The notes under the pieces were generated by a model. The model was given only the letters and a program-made list of their open reading frames with translations. It did no database searches and was not told where the DNA came from. A program made the position numbers and the translations under genes. Shown here one piece after another: positions 1 to 11,005 of a stretch of 64,000 nucleotides of DNA. The stretch is from Nitrosopumilaceae archaeon (GTDB taxonomy: Archaea; Thermoproteota; Nitrososphaeria; Nitrososphaerales; Nitrosopumilaceae): NCBI GenBank assembly GCA_965207375.1, contig CBDBMG010000002.1, positions 1 through 64,000 on the forward strand, given 5' to 3'. Positions within the stretch are counted from its first letter, which is position 1. Each line of letters starts with the position of its first letter.

Positions 1-141
1 GCCTAATTTCCCCCAAGTGTTTCTCGTAAAGTCTACACAGTTTGCACCTTCCACTATATGGTATGCTTACATTAACATTAAGCAAAATTTCTATTATATA
101 CTGTGTATAACTAGCCATATAATAATATTGGTATGTTATAG

Positions 142-222
142 TGATCATGATGAGTATGATGATGATGATGATGATGACATTACCATCGACTTGACAGCAC
201 AATCTCCTAACAACAGTTTTGG
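142..222 (+). CDS. Probable isolated host exon, acidic (poly-Asp) peptide
   Basis: TATAG acceptor ends at 141 and GTAAGC donor starts at 223; 81 nt, open frame DHDEYDDDDDDDITIDLTAQSPNNSFG. Confidence 0.5.
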
Positions 223-301
223 GTAAGCATAGATATTTGTGAAAAACTCAGTTCCATAGGCACCCACATGTACATACAGTAGCTACAGTATCATGCCAAT
301 G

Positions 302-780
302 TTATAAGGTCCTTCCTCCATCAAAAAATATTTTAGGCACCCGTCATTTTTTTTTCTTTGTTTGTTTCTTTGTTTCATTTTCATCGCACACTTTTTCGTG
401 GGGTTGCGGGAGTTTTGCGTGGGCTTGCGGGAGTTTTGTGTGAATCCCCGGAAGTTTTTTCAAACTCTCTTTTTGTACATTCACTTGTTTGTCTACTAAC
501 TCACTCATTTCTTCATGGATTTCAGCCAAATTTGTATCAGCATTTCTCCAATGTATGCTCTACCTGTCATACTACTTTCAGCCTGAAGTAAACACTTGAA
601 TGTATTTGAGAAAGGTTATTACACTGCAGGTTGAAAGTTGCCATAAGTTGAACCCCCTTGAAATGATTTGCATAAACTTTCAGATATACAATCTATATTG
701 ATGTACCACTCTGTAGTAAAAGTTAAAAAAATATTGTAGGCGTAAGTTTATCAAAATTAAGCTTCAAAGTTAAATTTACA
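302..780 (+). mobile_element. Internal fragment of a family-A-related element (diverged subfamily)
   Basis: Aligns by eye with ~44900-45310 and with the reverse complement of ~27540-27976 (tttcattttcatcgcacactttt...aactcactcatttc.catggatttca.ccaaatttgtatca). Confidence 0.8.
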
Positions 781-1043
781 ATACTGTGATCTGTACCCCG
801 CACAGACAGTATGTTGTTGCTATATTCATTCCCTAAGGCATGTCTGTCTGTTAACATTATTTACTATTGTAAATGATATTTTTTATATACCTCTGTGGGT
901 GTGATAATTTCAGAATAGGTACATTAAGTATCGAAACATAACCACTCAAGTTATAAATATACGTATACAACTGTGTGAGTGATAATGTTAAACCACAATA
1001 TGGGGGTTGTGTCCAAGAAGGGGATATAGTTAAGTAAATTATA

Positions 1044-2413
1044 TACCGTATAGCGGGTTTTTAATGCGGACACAAACAGTTGCGAAATAAAATTTGAACG
1101 ATGTTTAATCTTGCGAACTATTTGGAATATCAAATTCCTCGCATGAATAAAGCGAAGAATAAAGCTTTCCTTTAAATCTTCGTAATATGCTCATATTATA
1201 CTGAATTACAAAATATCCGTGAATAAACATTCTTTTTGACCTACGCTTCCCTGTGCGATCGACGCTCGTGTGCCACGCCCACTTCAAAACACAAAGAGTT
1301 TGGGTTGCTACGGTACAGCTCGATTTAAACTTTAAGAACGCACGCGTGTGCAACTGCACGCGCACTGCACGAGCATAGAAATATTCGCTACATGCTCACG
1401 AGCGCACTGGGAGATTAATGACGTATAAACCGCCCGTGAGAGTAACAACACTCGTTACGAGTTATGCACTCGAGATGCGTGTATCTCGGCGTGCATTTAG
1501 CTCGTAACGTGAATGATCCTGTTACTCGACTAGGGATATCAATAAAACAATATAAAGCCGTACCGTATGGACGTACGTACTTTGTAACTGGCTGAAACTT
1601 AAACTGCATCAATAAGGACACTTCGCATGCCCTCCTACATCTGTCCGCATCATGTGCATCGGTGGTTCTAATTAATGGCGCAGTAACACGTGTCAGTTGA
1701 AGTTGTTGTCCCTCAGTCTATGAGCCTTTTACGAACAGAAGAAATGGAATATCCACAAGAGAATGAAGTTATTGCATGCAATCCATCATGAATGGACCAT
1801 CTTTAAACCGTGCACGTAAGTTTGACGAACATGCATGTTAGGATTGTCGTCTCGTGCGCCTGCACACTGAACAGAGTTACTGGTGGCGATCGAAATTCCT
1901 TAGTGAATGTGTGTGGATTGTAACGTGCGTCTATGCACGTACGTACGTGAGCATGTTAGGCGACGTCATACGTGCGTGTATGGCTCGCAAAATTCTCGTG
2001 CAGTTGTCTACAGACACGCACGAATTTGAAAAATACTCGAGAGGAGCTACGAAATACACGCGTGTCATCCGCACGCGTGCTTCAAGTTTAAATCGAGCTG
2101 TACCGTACCATAGTAAAAGGCTTAAAATATCTTCAAAACAGATAAGTGATGCATGGAAATCGCAATTTTTGGCCTTTAATCTGTATATGATTGCTGTATA
2201 GACACGCCCATTTTATCGATCAGTCACGTCGTGCATAAAAGTATGGCTATGCCAGACTAGATGTATACGCAGTTGCAGTAAAGAAGTAGGTACTCCAGTA
2301 TATTGCTAGCTTTTTACATGCACACGAGTTAAATACAACGTAATTAAAAACCTTACGAATTTTAATGTTGCTAATTAAACCAATCGCAAGATTAAAATCC
2401 TCACATAAAAAAC
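1044..2413. mobile_element. TACCGTATAG-type (pogo/Tc1-mariner-like) MITE, right end truncated, hosting a nested MITE
   Basis: Left end taccgtatagcgggttttta; internal inverted match tttaatcttgcga / tcgcaagattaaa near 2385-2395. Confidence 0.5.
1311..2105. mobile_element. MITE with ~22-bp TIRs and TA TSD
   Basis: TA|cggtacagctcgatttaaactt ... aagtttaaatcgagctgtaccg|TA; a related left end starts near 9088. Confidence 0.85.
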
Positions 2414-2419
2414 CAACGG

Positions 2420-3772
2420 GGCCATTTTTACGCACGTGATTTTCTTATAAATAAATGGCGCACGCAATATTTACTACACTCCCCTGTTGGACACCCATGG
2501 GAGGCCAACAGTCCTACATACATACGTGCAATTAAAACTACAACAACCAATTACAAGTGTCTTTAAGTGTTCCTACATCGCTGTTCTCCTACTACAGCGA
2601 CTTCTCGATGTGGCCTCCTTTGATTAACGTCTACCTCAGTGATATGTCCATGTCCGGATACCGGGTGGTCGTCCTGTCCAGCTGATGAGTTATTCGGTCG
2701 TTCCTGGGACTGCTCCTGTCTCACTTCGATTGGAACAGAAGCTTGACACTTCTCCTCAAAAGCTTTGTATTTCCACTGGGCTCTGAAACTTGGACATTGG
2801 CTGCTCGAACATGACCATCAGCACTAGTGAGTAAATTGTCTACAATCGCCAGTTTCCAGAACAACCGCTTGCTTGTGTCACTCTTGACAACAACTACATC
2901 ACCCACCTTTATCAAGGGCTGGCCACCTCTCTTGGTCTTTCAAACTGTGGGCCTCTCTGAGATTGAGAAGCCTAGTCTCTCCGCCACAGCTTGGTAAACT
3001 GATTCAATAGGTGCCTATGGTGCTTCAATCTTCGAGTTAGTGACTGGTGGGTGCTCACAATTTCAAAGTGTTTATCATTGGATAGAGCGGTTAGCCTTCT
3101 GCCATTAATTAGATGCGAAGGGGACAAACTACCAGTAACTCCATCTTGGTCACTCGCAAGATAAGTCATGGATGGAGAGTTGATGATGCCTTCGATTTCC
3201 ACAAGGAGGGTACTGAGTTGATCATGGGTCAGATTACTTCTCCCAATGCTCTTCTTAAGACTCCTTTTGACACTTCTTACAAGTCGCTCATAAAACCCTC
3301 CCCACCAGGGAGCTCTCTCTACAATAAACTCCATGTCACCCCTTTGGAGCCTAAATAATTGTTCACTTCCCTTGACCTGGCAATCTTCAAGAATTCTTTA
3401 GATGAAGTATAGAACGTTTTGGCATTGTTCGAAATCACGGTAACAGGCAAACCTCTTCGACCGACGAACCGTCGGAATGCAAGCAAAAACGAGTTCACAG
3501 ACAAATCAGGAGTCAATTCCAAGTGAACTGCTCTGGTGGAGCAGCATGTAAATAAACAGATGTAGGCTTTCTCAGATGCACCACAGTTCTTGGCATATAA
3601 CGGCCCTGCGAAGTTGACTCCTGTGTGACTGAAGGGTGGATCTTCAGATGTGCGATAATCAGGCAAGTCAGGGGAACAGTTGAGGCATATGGCGGACCTT
3701 CAAGTTTGTTGCATATGATGCATGAATTAATCACCTTCTTAACGGCTTGTCTGCCTTTAAGTATCCAATACC
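2420..3772 (-). mobile_element. BEL/Pao LTR retrotransposon 3' remnant: frameshifted integrase, C-terminal region, PPT, start of 3' LTR
   Basis: Motifs YWILKGRQAVKK-CIIC, PFSHTGVNFAGP, LFTCCSTRAVHLE, APWWGGFYERLVRSVK, VGDVVVVK..WKLA; PPT AGGGGAG followed by TGTAGT at 2478. Confidence 0.9.
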
Positions 3773-3979
3773 TCCCTCCTCAATTTACCAAATAACAATC
3801 CCAATACCCTACAGAACATTGGTGTGTAGCTGCCATGTGCGGCTACCAATTCTGATTATTAACATTGTAGGGTAACAAAGAGGGCCAGCTGTACCTGAAG
3901 AAAACAAATAATAAGTACACAGAAAGTAACCCTCATACAGAGCAAAATGGAACTTATGTATATGAACTACTTAATCAGA

Positions 3980-4971
3980 GGCCTAACTGCTCAGTAACCA
4001 GAAGACACTGTTCTAGTGGATCTTCAATGTAGCCATCCTTCGCTGTTTCTGAACGCCAACGGCCATGTTTCTTAAATAATCTGTCTGGGAGGCCACTCCC
4101 TGCAGCAGCTGTGCCCCCCCGCTCTCAAGCTGTGCACTCCAAAAACAGCAGACGAATAGCCCAGCTCATCCAACTTGCTCTTTAATAGTTCTCTCAGCCG
4201 GGTGTATGTCAAGCGCCCTGCATTGCGAAGCTTCTCCACTTTGGAACCAATGATGGGACGGAAAAGAAACAGCTGACTACTGAGGTCTATGTGACCTCTT
4301 TTTAGGTATTGCTCCAGCATGGCAACTGGACAAGTATCCGAACCTGTCCTAGCAATAAGCACCTCGTTGCCTTGCCTCAGCTGGTCTGTCTTACTCTTGG
4401 GGATCTTAATAGTTACGCATCTAGGACTTAGCTGTAGGTCACAACATCTGATATTGGCCAGCTCATCATACCTGAGAAAACCAGCAAAAGCAAGTAAACA
4501 TACAGTTGCTAGCCGAATGTTGGCTAAGCTGTTATTTTCTTAGTGTCCTGAACAATGGCCTGGAGCATCTCTATGGTAAAAGGTGCTTTCTTCTGAACAG
4601 GTTTTGCACACATTCTTTTCAAGCCTTCCAAAGTAACCCGGACCAATGGGTCAGCAGTTGGGGAAGATACACACCTGCCATAGAGTGCACCCATGACAAA
4701 CAATTTACTGCTTCCTATACAGCAGCCTTTAAATATTTAGATTCCCCCAAATGTTGCAAATACAATGCAGCATGGCAGGCATCAGCTGGAAGTACTAAGA
4801 CCTTATGACCGATAGCCCACTGCTTCCACCTCTTGAAACCTCCTAGGTATTTCTTTGTGGTGCTGGTGGCTTTGCATTGCAGAATAGTCGAAGGGAGAGC
4901 GGAGGCTAATCTCTTAACGTCTTCATCTTCCAAGTCCTTCATCTGTGCCCAACTGCCAATGGATAGCACTT
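3980..4971 (-). pseudogene. Tyrosine recombinase of the DIRS-like element (frameshifted)
   Basis: STTKKY, AGFLRYDEL, KSKTDQ, HSLRAGG, KHGRWRSETAKDGY: the R-K-HxxR-H-Y catalytic set. Confidence 0.9.
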
Positions 4972-5080
4972 CTAGAGGAGGGGGAAAAACAACCATAAAA
5001 AACCCAAAAAGCTATAACTCACTCACGGACTTGACTCTAGATTGGTATGAGAACCAACACACCCGCCAATATCACAAAAA

Positions 5081-5483
5081 ACCTAGCACTCCGGCTGGTA
5101 AAAGAACCCAGGACTATGGCTGGTAAAACCTCAGCAGTCCGGCTGGTAACACCCCAGCATTCTGGCTGGTAGATAACCCCAGCACTCCGGCTGGTAGCAC
5201 CCGCAGCGCTCCGGCTGGATAAAACACCCCAGCACCCCGGCTGGTAAGACCCTAGCACTCTGGCTGGTAAAACTCCAGCACTCCGGCTGTTAAAAACCTC
5301 AGCACTCCGGCTGGTAAAACCCCATCACTCTGTCTGGTAAAACCCCAGCACTCCGGCTGGTAAAACCCCAGCACTCCAGCTGGAAAATCAACCCCCAGTG
5401 CTCCGGCTGGCAAAAATCCTAGAACTCTGGCTGGTAAAACCTTGGAAATCTGGCTGGTCAAACCCCAATACTCTAACTGGATA
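5081..5483. repeat. Tandem array of ~17 x 22-27 bp units, consensus CCCCAGCACTCCGGCTGGTAAAA
   Basis: Directly visible; each unit carries a CCAGC-N6-GCTGG inverted repeat. Confidence 0.95.
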
Positions 5484-5662
5484 TCATCTGGGCCTTTTAG
5501 CTGGTGCAAACCAAGCATTCTTAGCAACATTAACCCAGCTGAAACTGGGTATACGTATACACATGAACACACAAGTTATATTATACGTACCACCATACCT
5601 ATATACACATATGCATATATACCCACCTACACTTATATGTATAATGGATTTGAGGGTTTTTA

Positions 5663-7560
5663 CTAACTGGGGGTAAACCTATTGGCGACTAATCTTACTG
5701 CCAGAAGATCTGTGTTGGGGGTCCCCTTAAATATACTACCGCCTGACAGTCCAGTCACTACCAGGTGGGGAGACTGGTGCAGAGTTCTTTCCTCTGTGAT
5801 AAATGGGGCCCGAGTATAACCATCAGGGAAAAGCATTGGCCAAAAAGGTGCTGATGGGCATTTGGGCATTACAAGGGTTGCACTTGCACCAGTTTTTAGA
5901 GTATGCCTAATCACTCTTGGTATCAGGTATGGGGGTGGGCAAAGCCAGTTGTTCTCCCCTGACCAGTCACAAGTAAAAGCATCCACTGCTTCTGAGCCTG
6001 GGTTCCAAAAACGGGAATTGAACCTTGGTAGCTGGGTATTAACGTAGTTAGCAAACCTGTCAATAGTATGTGGGCCCCATAAGCGGTCAAGCTGCTGAAA
6101 TACAGTTGGGTGGATACTCCAGTCATCCCTGTCCAGCATGCGGCTCAACAGGTCAGCTTGCTGGTTCTGTTCCCGAGGGATCCATTCCGGTTCTATTCTT
6201 ACTTGCCACCTTACAGCCAAGGAATAAATCTCTAGGGCTTCTTTCTGTAGCTTGGGGTTCCTGCTACCTGTCTCAATAATTCTGATAACATTTTGGTTGT
6301 CTGAGAACCACCTGACTCTTTCAGATTGCAACAGGTGGGCCAGGGATCCAATATCATGCGGACTGCATGCAACCCCCTCCATGTGGAGCTCTGGGCTACC
6401 TCTTCCTTTGAAAATAACCCATGTGCAATGTGACAACCGTGTTCTACTGTAAAGCCCCCATATCCAGTGGCACTTGCATCAGCATACACAACACGGATGG
6501 CCGAGGGACTGTGCCATAAACCCTGTCCATTAACTTTGTCAATGTTGTCCAACCAAAACTGGATGTCTTGTCTGGCCTCTGGGGTAACATGCAAGGACTG
6601 GCACCAGTAATGTCGACTGTTTAGAACAGCATACATGCTTCTTGTCATAAGACGTGCAATGGGGCCTACTGCCAGGGACATAGAAATTAATTTCCCAATA
6701 ACACTTGCTAACTCCCTAGCCTTTAAGGTGGGTCTATCTAGTACTTGTTCTAACTGAGATTTCAACCTTTGAACCTTTTCTGTTGGCATGTAAATCTGCC
6801 CCTTTTCCAAATCGAGGTTGAAACCAAGCCAAGTAACCTGTTGGACGGGGACCCAATTACATTTGTCAGTGTGCTCTACCAGCCCCGCATCTATAAGGTC
6901 CTGCCTAACTTTATGGCTGGCCTGCACAGCAGCCTCCCTGCCAGACACAGCAATGATACCATCGTCTAAATAAAGTATAGCCCGAAGGCCTTGGCCTCGC
7001 CAGTATTTTACCAGTGGGCGAAGTAGTTTAGTAAAAGCATAGCAAGCTGTGGCTAGCCCAAATGGCAAAACTGTGAACATGTAGAACTGCTTTGTACCCC
7101 CCTGATCCCAACAAAACCCCAAAAACTGTCTGTGTGGCTCAAATATGTCAATATGGTGGTAACCAGACTTAAGGTCAAATGAAAACATATAGTCCCCTTT
7201 TTGAAACAGGAGCATGGCTATACGCATATCCTCATACTTAAACAAATATCCATTCAGGTAATGTAGATTTATCACCAGTCGTTGTTTACCCGTACTGTTT
7301 GAAACCACTGATAACGGGCTACAAATATGTGGTTGTCTTGGCCACACAACGGTTTTGTACAAGCTCTGATATAGCTTGTGTCACAAACTCCCTATTGGTG
7401 TTTGCTGAAGCTTGGTTGGGCCAGATGTATGGCTTGGGTAATGAACATAAAGGGAGCTTGTAACCTTCTCTAATGCAGCTAATAATCCATGGGGCTGGTT
7501 GTAGCCTATGTTCCCAAAAACGTAAGCAAGCCTGAAGCCTACCCTGAACGTCTGTCACCT
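5663..7560 (-). pseudogene. DIRS RT-RNase H plus C-terminal DNA adenine-methyltransferase-like domain (frameshifted)
   Basis: DLKSGYHH, LPFGL, YLDD, YADAS, SDNQ; then IDRFA...DAF..DW...NWLCPP. Confidence 0.9.
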
Positions 7561-7859
7561 GCCCATGTTCTATCTCCCAAAACCTAGATAGGGCAAGGTC
7601 GTGATTGCCCTCACATTCACCCTCCTAAGATTCAGCAACTCCTGCATCAATACCTTCTATAGCAGGCTTGTTTGTGTCGGGAGATTCACTTTGATCACTA
7701 GCCATGACCTGACAGGTTTCTCTTTCAACACTTTTAGTTTTAGGGCTGTTAACTACTTTTACTTTGGCCGCCTCAGACTGGTAAACAACCTTGTCACTTT
7801 GAGGACCAGTGGGGGCCAGTACATCACTATTAACTATTCTATGACTACTATCAAAAGGA

Positions 7860-8592
7860 TACGACTTGCTGAGACAAGGTGTCCCACTTCACAACAGTGA
7901 AAACATGGCCCTACTGGGCATGTAGATGCTGGCTGAGGTTGATACAGTGGTCTAGGTAACAGATAATGGGCGGATTGACTCGGCCCATGTGTTTGTGTTC
8001 CACCTGCAACAGGCAGCTATCTCTTGGCACGCTGGGAGGTGGCAGTAGCAGCAGCATTGCGCTTCCTCTTAGACACCCATTGCTCTGCTGTCTTCTCAGC
8101 TTTCTCAATTCTTCTGGCGTCATCCTCATTGGTAGCGACATCATTTCCGATATATGCAGCCACCGTCTCCCAGCTGTGCTCAGACTGGTCAGCTATACGA
8201 ATTTGTTTCTGGCATTCCGCCAAAGCATTCGTACCTTCCTCTAATTCCTTCCTCGCCTTCTCAAGAGTGGCCTTGTCCTTGTCTGTCGACGGGCGTAATT
8301 TGCTAAGCTGGCTAGCGGCTGCCGACATGTGGTCCGAGACTTCCGAATTAAATCGATGCTGTTCCTCATGACCCTTCCGACGAAACTCGTAGGGCTTATC
8401 CCTCTTTAAGCATTTCAAGGCTTGTTCTGTGGCGTCCTCCTGCAACTCTTGAGAAGCCGCCACATCTGCTTCTAATTTCTTTAGTTTTCCGTCCAGTTCT
8501 ATGTGGCTGGAGTCGTGTGCTTTCTGCAGCGCGGAGACAGATTTAATAAGCTCATCAAGCTTTTGATCCGCGGTCATAGATCGTCTAGACAT
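7860..8592 (-). pseudogene. DIRS ORF1 (gag-like coiled coil with degenerate zinc knuckle)
   Basis: ORF 8017..8658 (KQIRIADQSEHSWETVAAY); GPCFHCCEVGHL near 7870-7910. Confidence 0.75.
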
Positions 8593-10494
8593 CGTAAATA
8601 AGACGTAAAGGTAGCCTACACTAACATAAGCACATGCAGCGTAGAAGTGAGCATGCAATCACACTTCTGCAATATATATACCACTTACCAACCTCACGTG
8701 CAGGCACGTGAGGGAACATTTCCGGACGGAGGATATTTTCTGCCTAATTCACTACGTTCAACCGGCAGAAAATACACATCCTAAGAGTTTCGCATTTTTT
8801 GCGCTTTAGCTTCTGTAACTGGCTACAAAGGATATATCGTTTGTAGACAAAGCTTACTGAGTAGTATATCACATAAGTAGCGAAAAGTGCTAGTAGCCAA
8901 AGTGATGACGGAGGTGATGATGTTCCAAAGACCCGAGGCGAGTACATTAAATATAGTGCATGCAAAGGTGTACGGAATATATATTCACATAACCATAGCT
9001 GCATGTAGTTATATCTTTCCTTAAAGATCTAACAAAAGTGATATATATTGTATAATATCACAAACCTGCATGAACATCCTATATATACGGTACCGCTCAG
9101 TTTAAACTTGACACTTGCACGCGTGTGTCACTGTAGTCGCTCGCAGATTTTGCCAGGGAACTCGCGAGTTACGCGCGAGTGCACAACAAATCGATCCTCG
9201 TGACGAGTCATATGCACGTGAAGTGCACTCGAGAGAAGGTTACCCTGCTCGCGAGCTGTATCACGTTACGTGTGCTTGTTAGTGCCTCGCGAGTTATGCA
9301 CGCGTGTAGTTTGTCTCTTGTCGTGATTCTAGCAATACTCAGCATTATCATCTAACATACCAGCTGTGAAACTACAGATAACCATCCTGGAGTAGATTTC
9401 ACCGTCGACGAATCAAGCGCGCGAGCGCTTATAGTTGTAATACGGGTGCCTAACACGTGTTTATAATAAGCTTCTTATATTTTAGGGCGCCAATAACACG
9501 TGCTAGTGATTTAGTAGTTTTTGTAGCTTGTTGCAGTCTTTGGGAAGCAAAGGAAAGGCCTACAGTAGATTGGAAAAGAGGTAATACTGTAACTATACTT
9601 CATTGCTGTTGGTTAAAGTCTTCCTGCTCGGTTCCACACAATTAAATTATATCACTGAATGTCTTAAAACGTTTGATAGATCTCTAGCACTGAATATATG
9701 ATAGAGCTAGGCCTTTCCACTTTATTAATTTCACCCCATGCATTAGCCACGCGAGTGCATCTGTTTGCGTGCGATAGGCCTCTGGCGTGCCTCGTGGCGT
9801 AGCTCGTGCATGTCGTGTCGAGTGTATGCTCGCACGACAAGGATCCTGTTTACGCATCGATTTCCTGTAAAAAGAAAGGCTGCTGTTTCATCGCTTCGCA
9901 TCAGTTGAGTTCTTTACCATAGGTTATATCTTTTTAGATATTTAGATAGAGGAAAGAAGTGGCTTTCGGGTCATATATAGTATTAATCTACTCGCGCTAA
10001 CAGAAGGTTTGCTGTTAGCCTTATATTTAAAGCATGCGCAAGTTTCTATAAATGCAAAATAAATTCGCGGTTTAAGGGATAGGGATTAAATCTTGTAGAG
10101 GTGCTAGAGAAAATGTTTCATTTGTGCATGTATGTATGTAGCTACCCAGCTGCAATTCTATACTTGAGCAGACACATGCAGTATACAATGCTGCATGGGT
10201 GGTGAATGATAGCTATATTGCTAGCTACTTGTTTCCTTACTTTTTATGTCGATCCCTACTTCCCTTTTTAAATTCAAATTTTTTAAAACTTGTTTATTTA
10301 CTTTTTATGGTATACTGTAGTATACTAGCTAGGTAGGTATTATTAACATTTTATAATTGTTAATCTACTGCTATTGTAATAGTATTTTAATAACGTCACG
10401 TGAGCAAAGACCCATCACTAAGGAACACATAGCAACGCATATAAATTAAATTCTTCGGCTTTATGCTACAGTACTTTAGCCTTTTAATAGTATA

Positions 10495-11005
10495 TAGAAT
10501 AATAAAAAATTGAAAATTTAAATGGTGAGTAGGGATCGAAGGATCCACTAGTACAGTACTACAAAAAAAGGAATAAGATTCTGGCACGAATGAACACTGA
10601 AGATTCTGGCAAGAGATAGTTTATAAAAATTTAATCCCTACTTTTGGCAAATGTACTATAATGACTAATATGAGCCAAAAGTAGGGATTAAACTTTTATA
10701 AATTATCTCTTGCCAGAATCTTCAGTGTTCATTTGTGCCAGAATCTTATTCCTTGTTTCCTTACTTTTTGTAGTACTGTACTAGTGGATCCCTTCGATCC
10801 CTACTCACCATTTAAATTTTCAATTTTTTATTATTCTAGTTTGTAAGCTTTTTATAGGGCATTATAATAATCATTCAGGTGCCTATATAGCAGCTACACA
10901 AAATTATACAGGCGCTAACATAATTATGGCTTCTTTACAGGCGCTTGTTAACAACCTGCTTGTGTGGCAAAGCAGCTATGCAAGCAAATTACATCCTTTA
11001 AAAAC
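10495..11005 (-). mobile_element. Family B palindrome-terminated element, copy 1 (palindrome 10495-10838, body cut by MULE)
   Basis: Near-identical to 53513-54396; 25-nt loop at 10649-10673. Confidence 0.9.

Larger units (their letters stand above)
3775..9020 (-). mobile_element. DIRS/PAT-type tyrosine-recombinase retrotransposon, decayed, boundaries approximate
   Basis: Domain order gag-like, RT (YLDD), RNase H, Dam-like MT, YR. Confidence 0.9.

Noticed and set aside
344-591. Small ORFs recurring at 27690-27976 and 44841-45032 as a gene family
   Set aside because: They lie in the family A body, and indels between copies break the frames.
5081-5483. CRISPR-like array of palindromic repeats
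   Set aside because: Units are head-to-tail with no unique spacers, there are no cas genes, and the context is a eukaryotic retroelement.
5663-6436. Standalone bacterial or phage Dam methylase acquired by horizontal transfer
   Set aside because: It is the known MT-like domain downstream of RNase H in DIRS-type elements.
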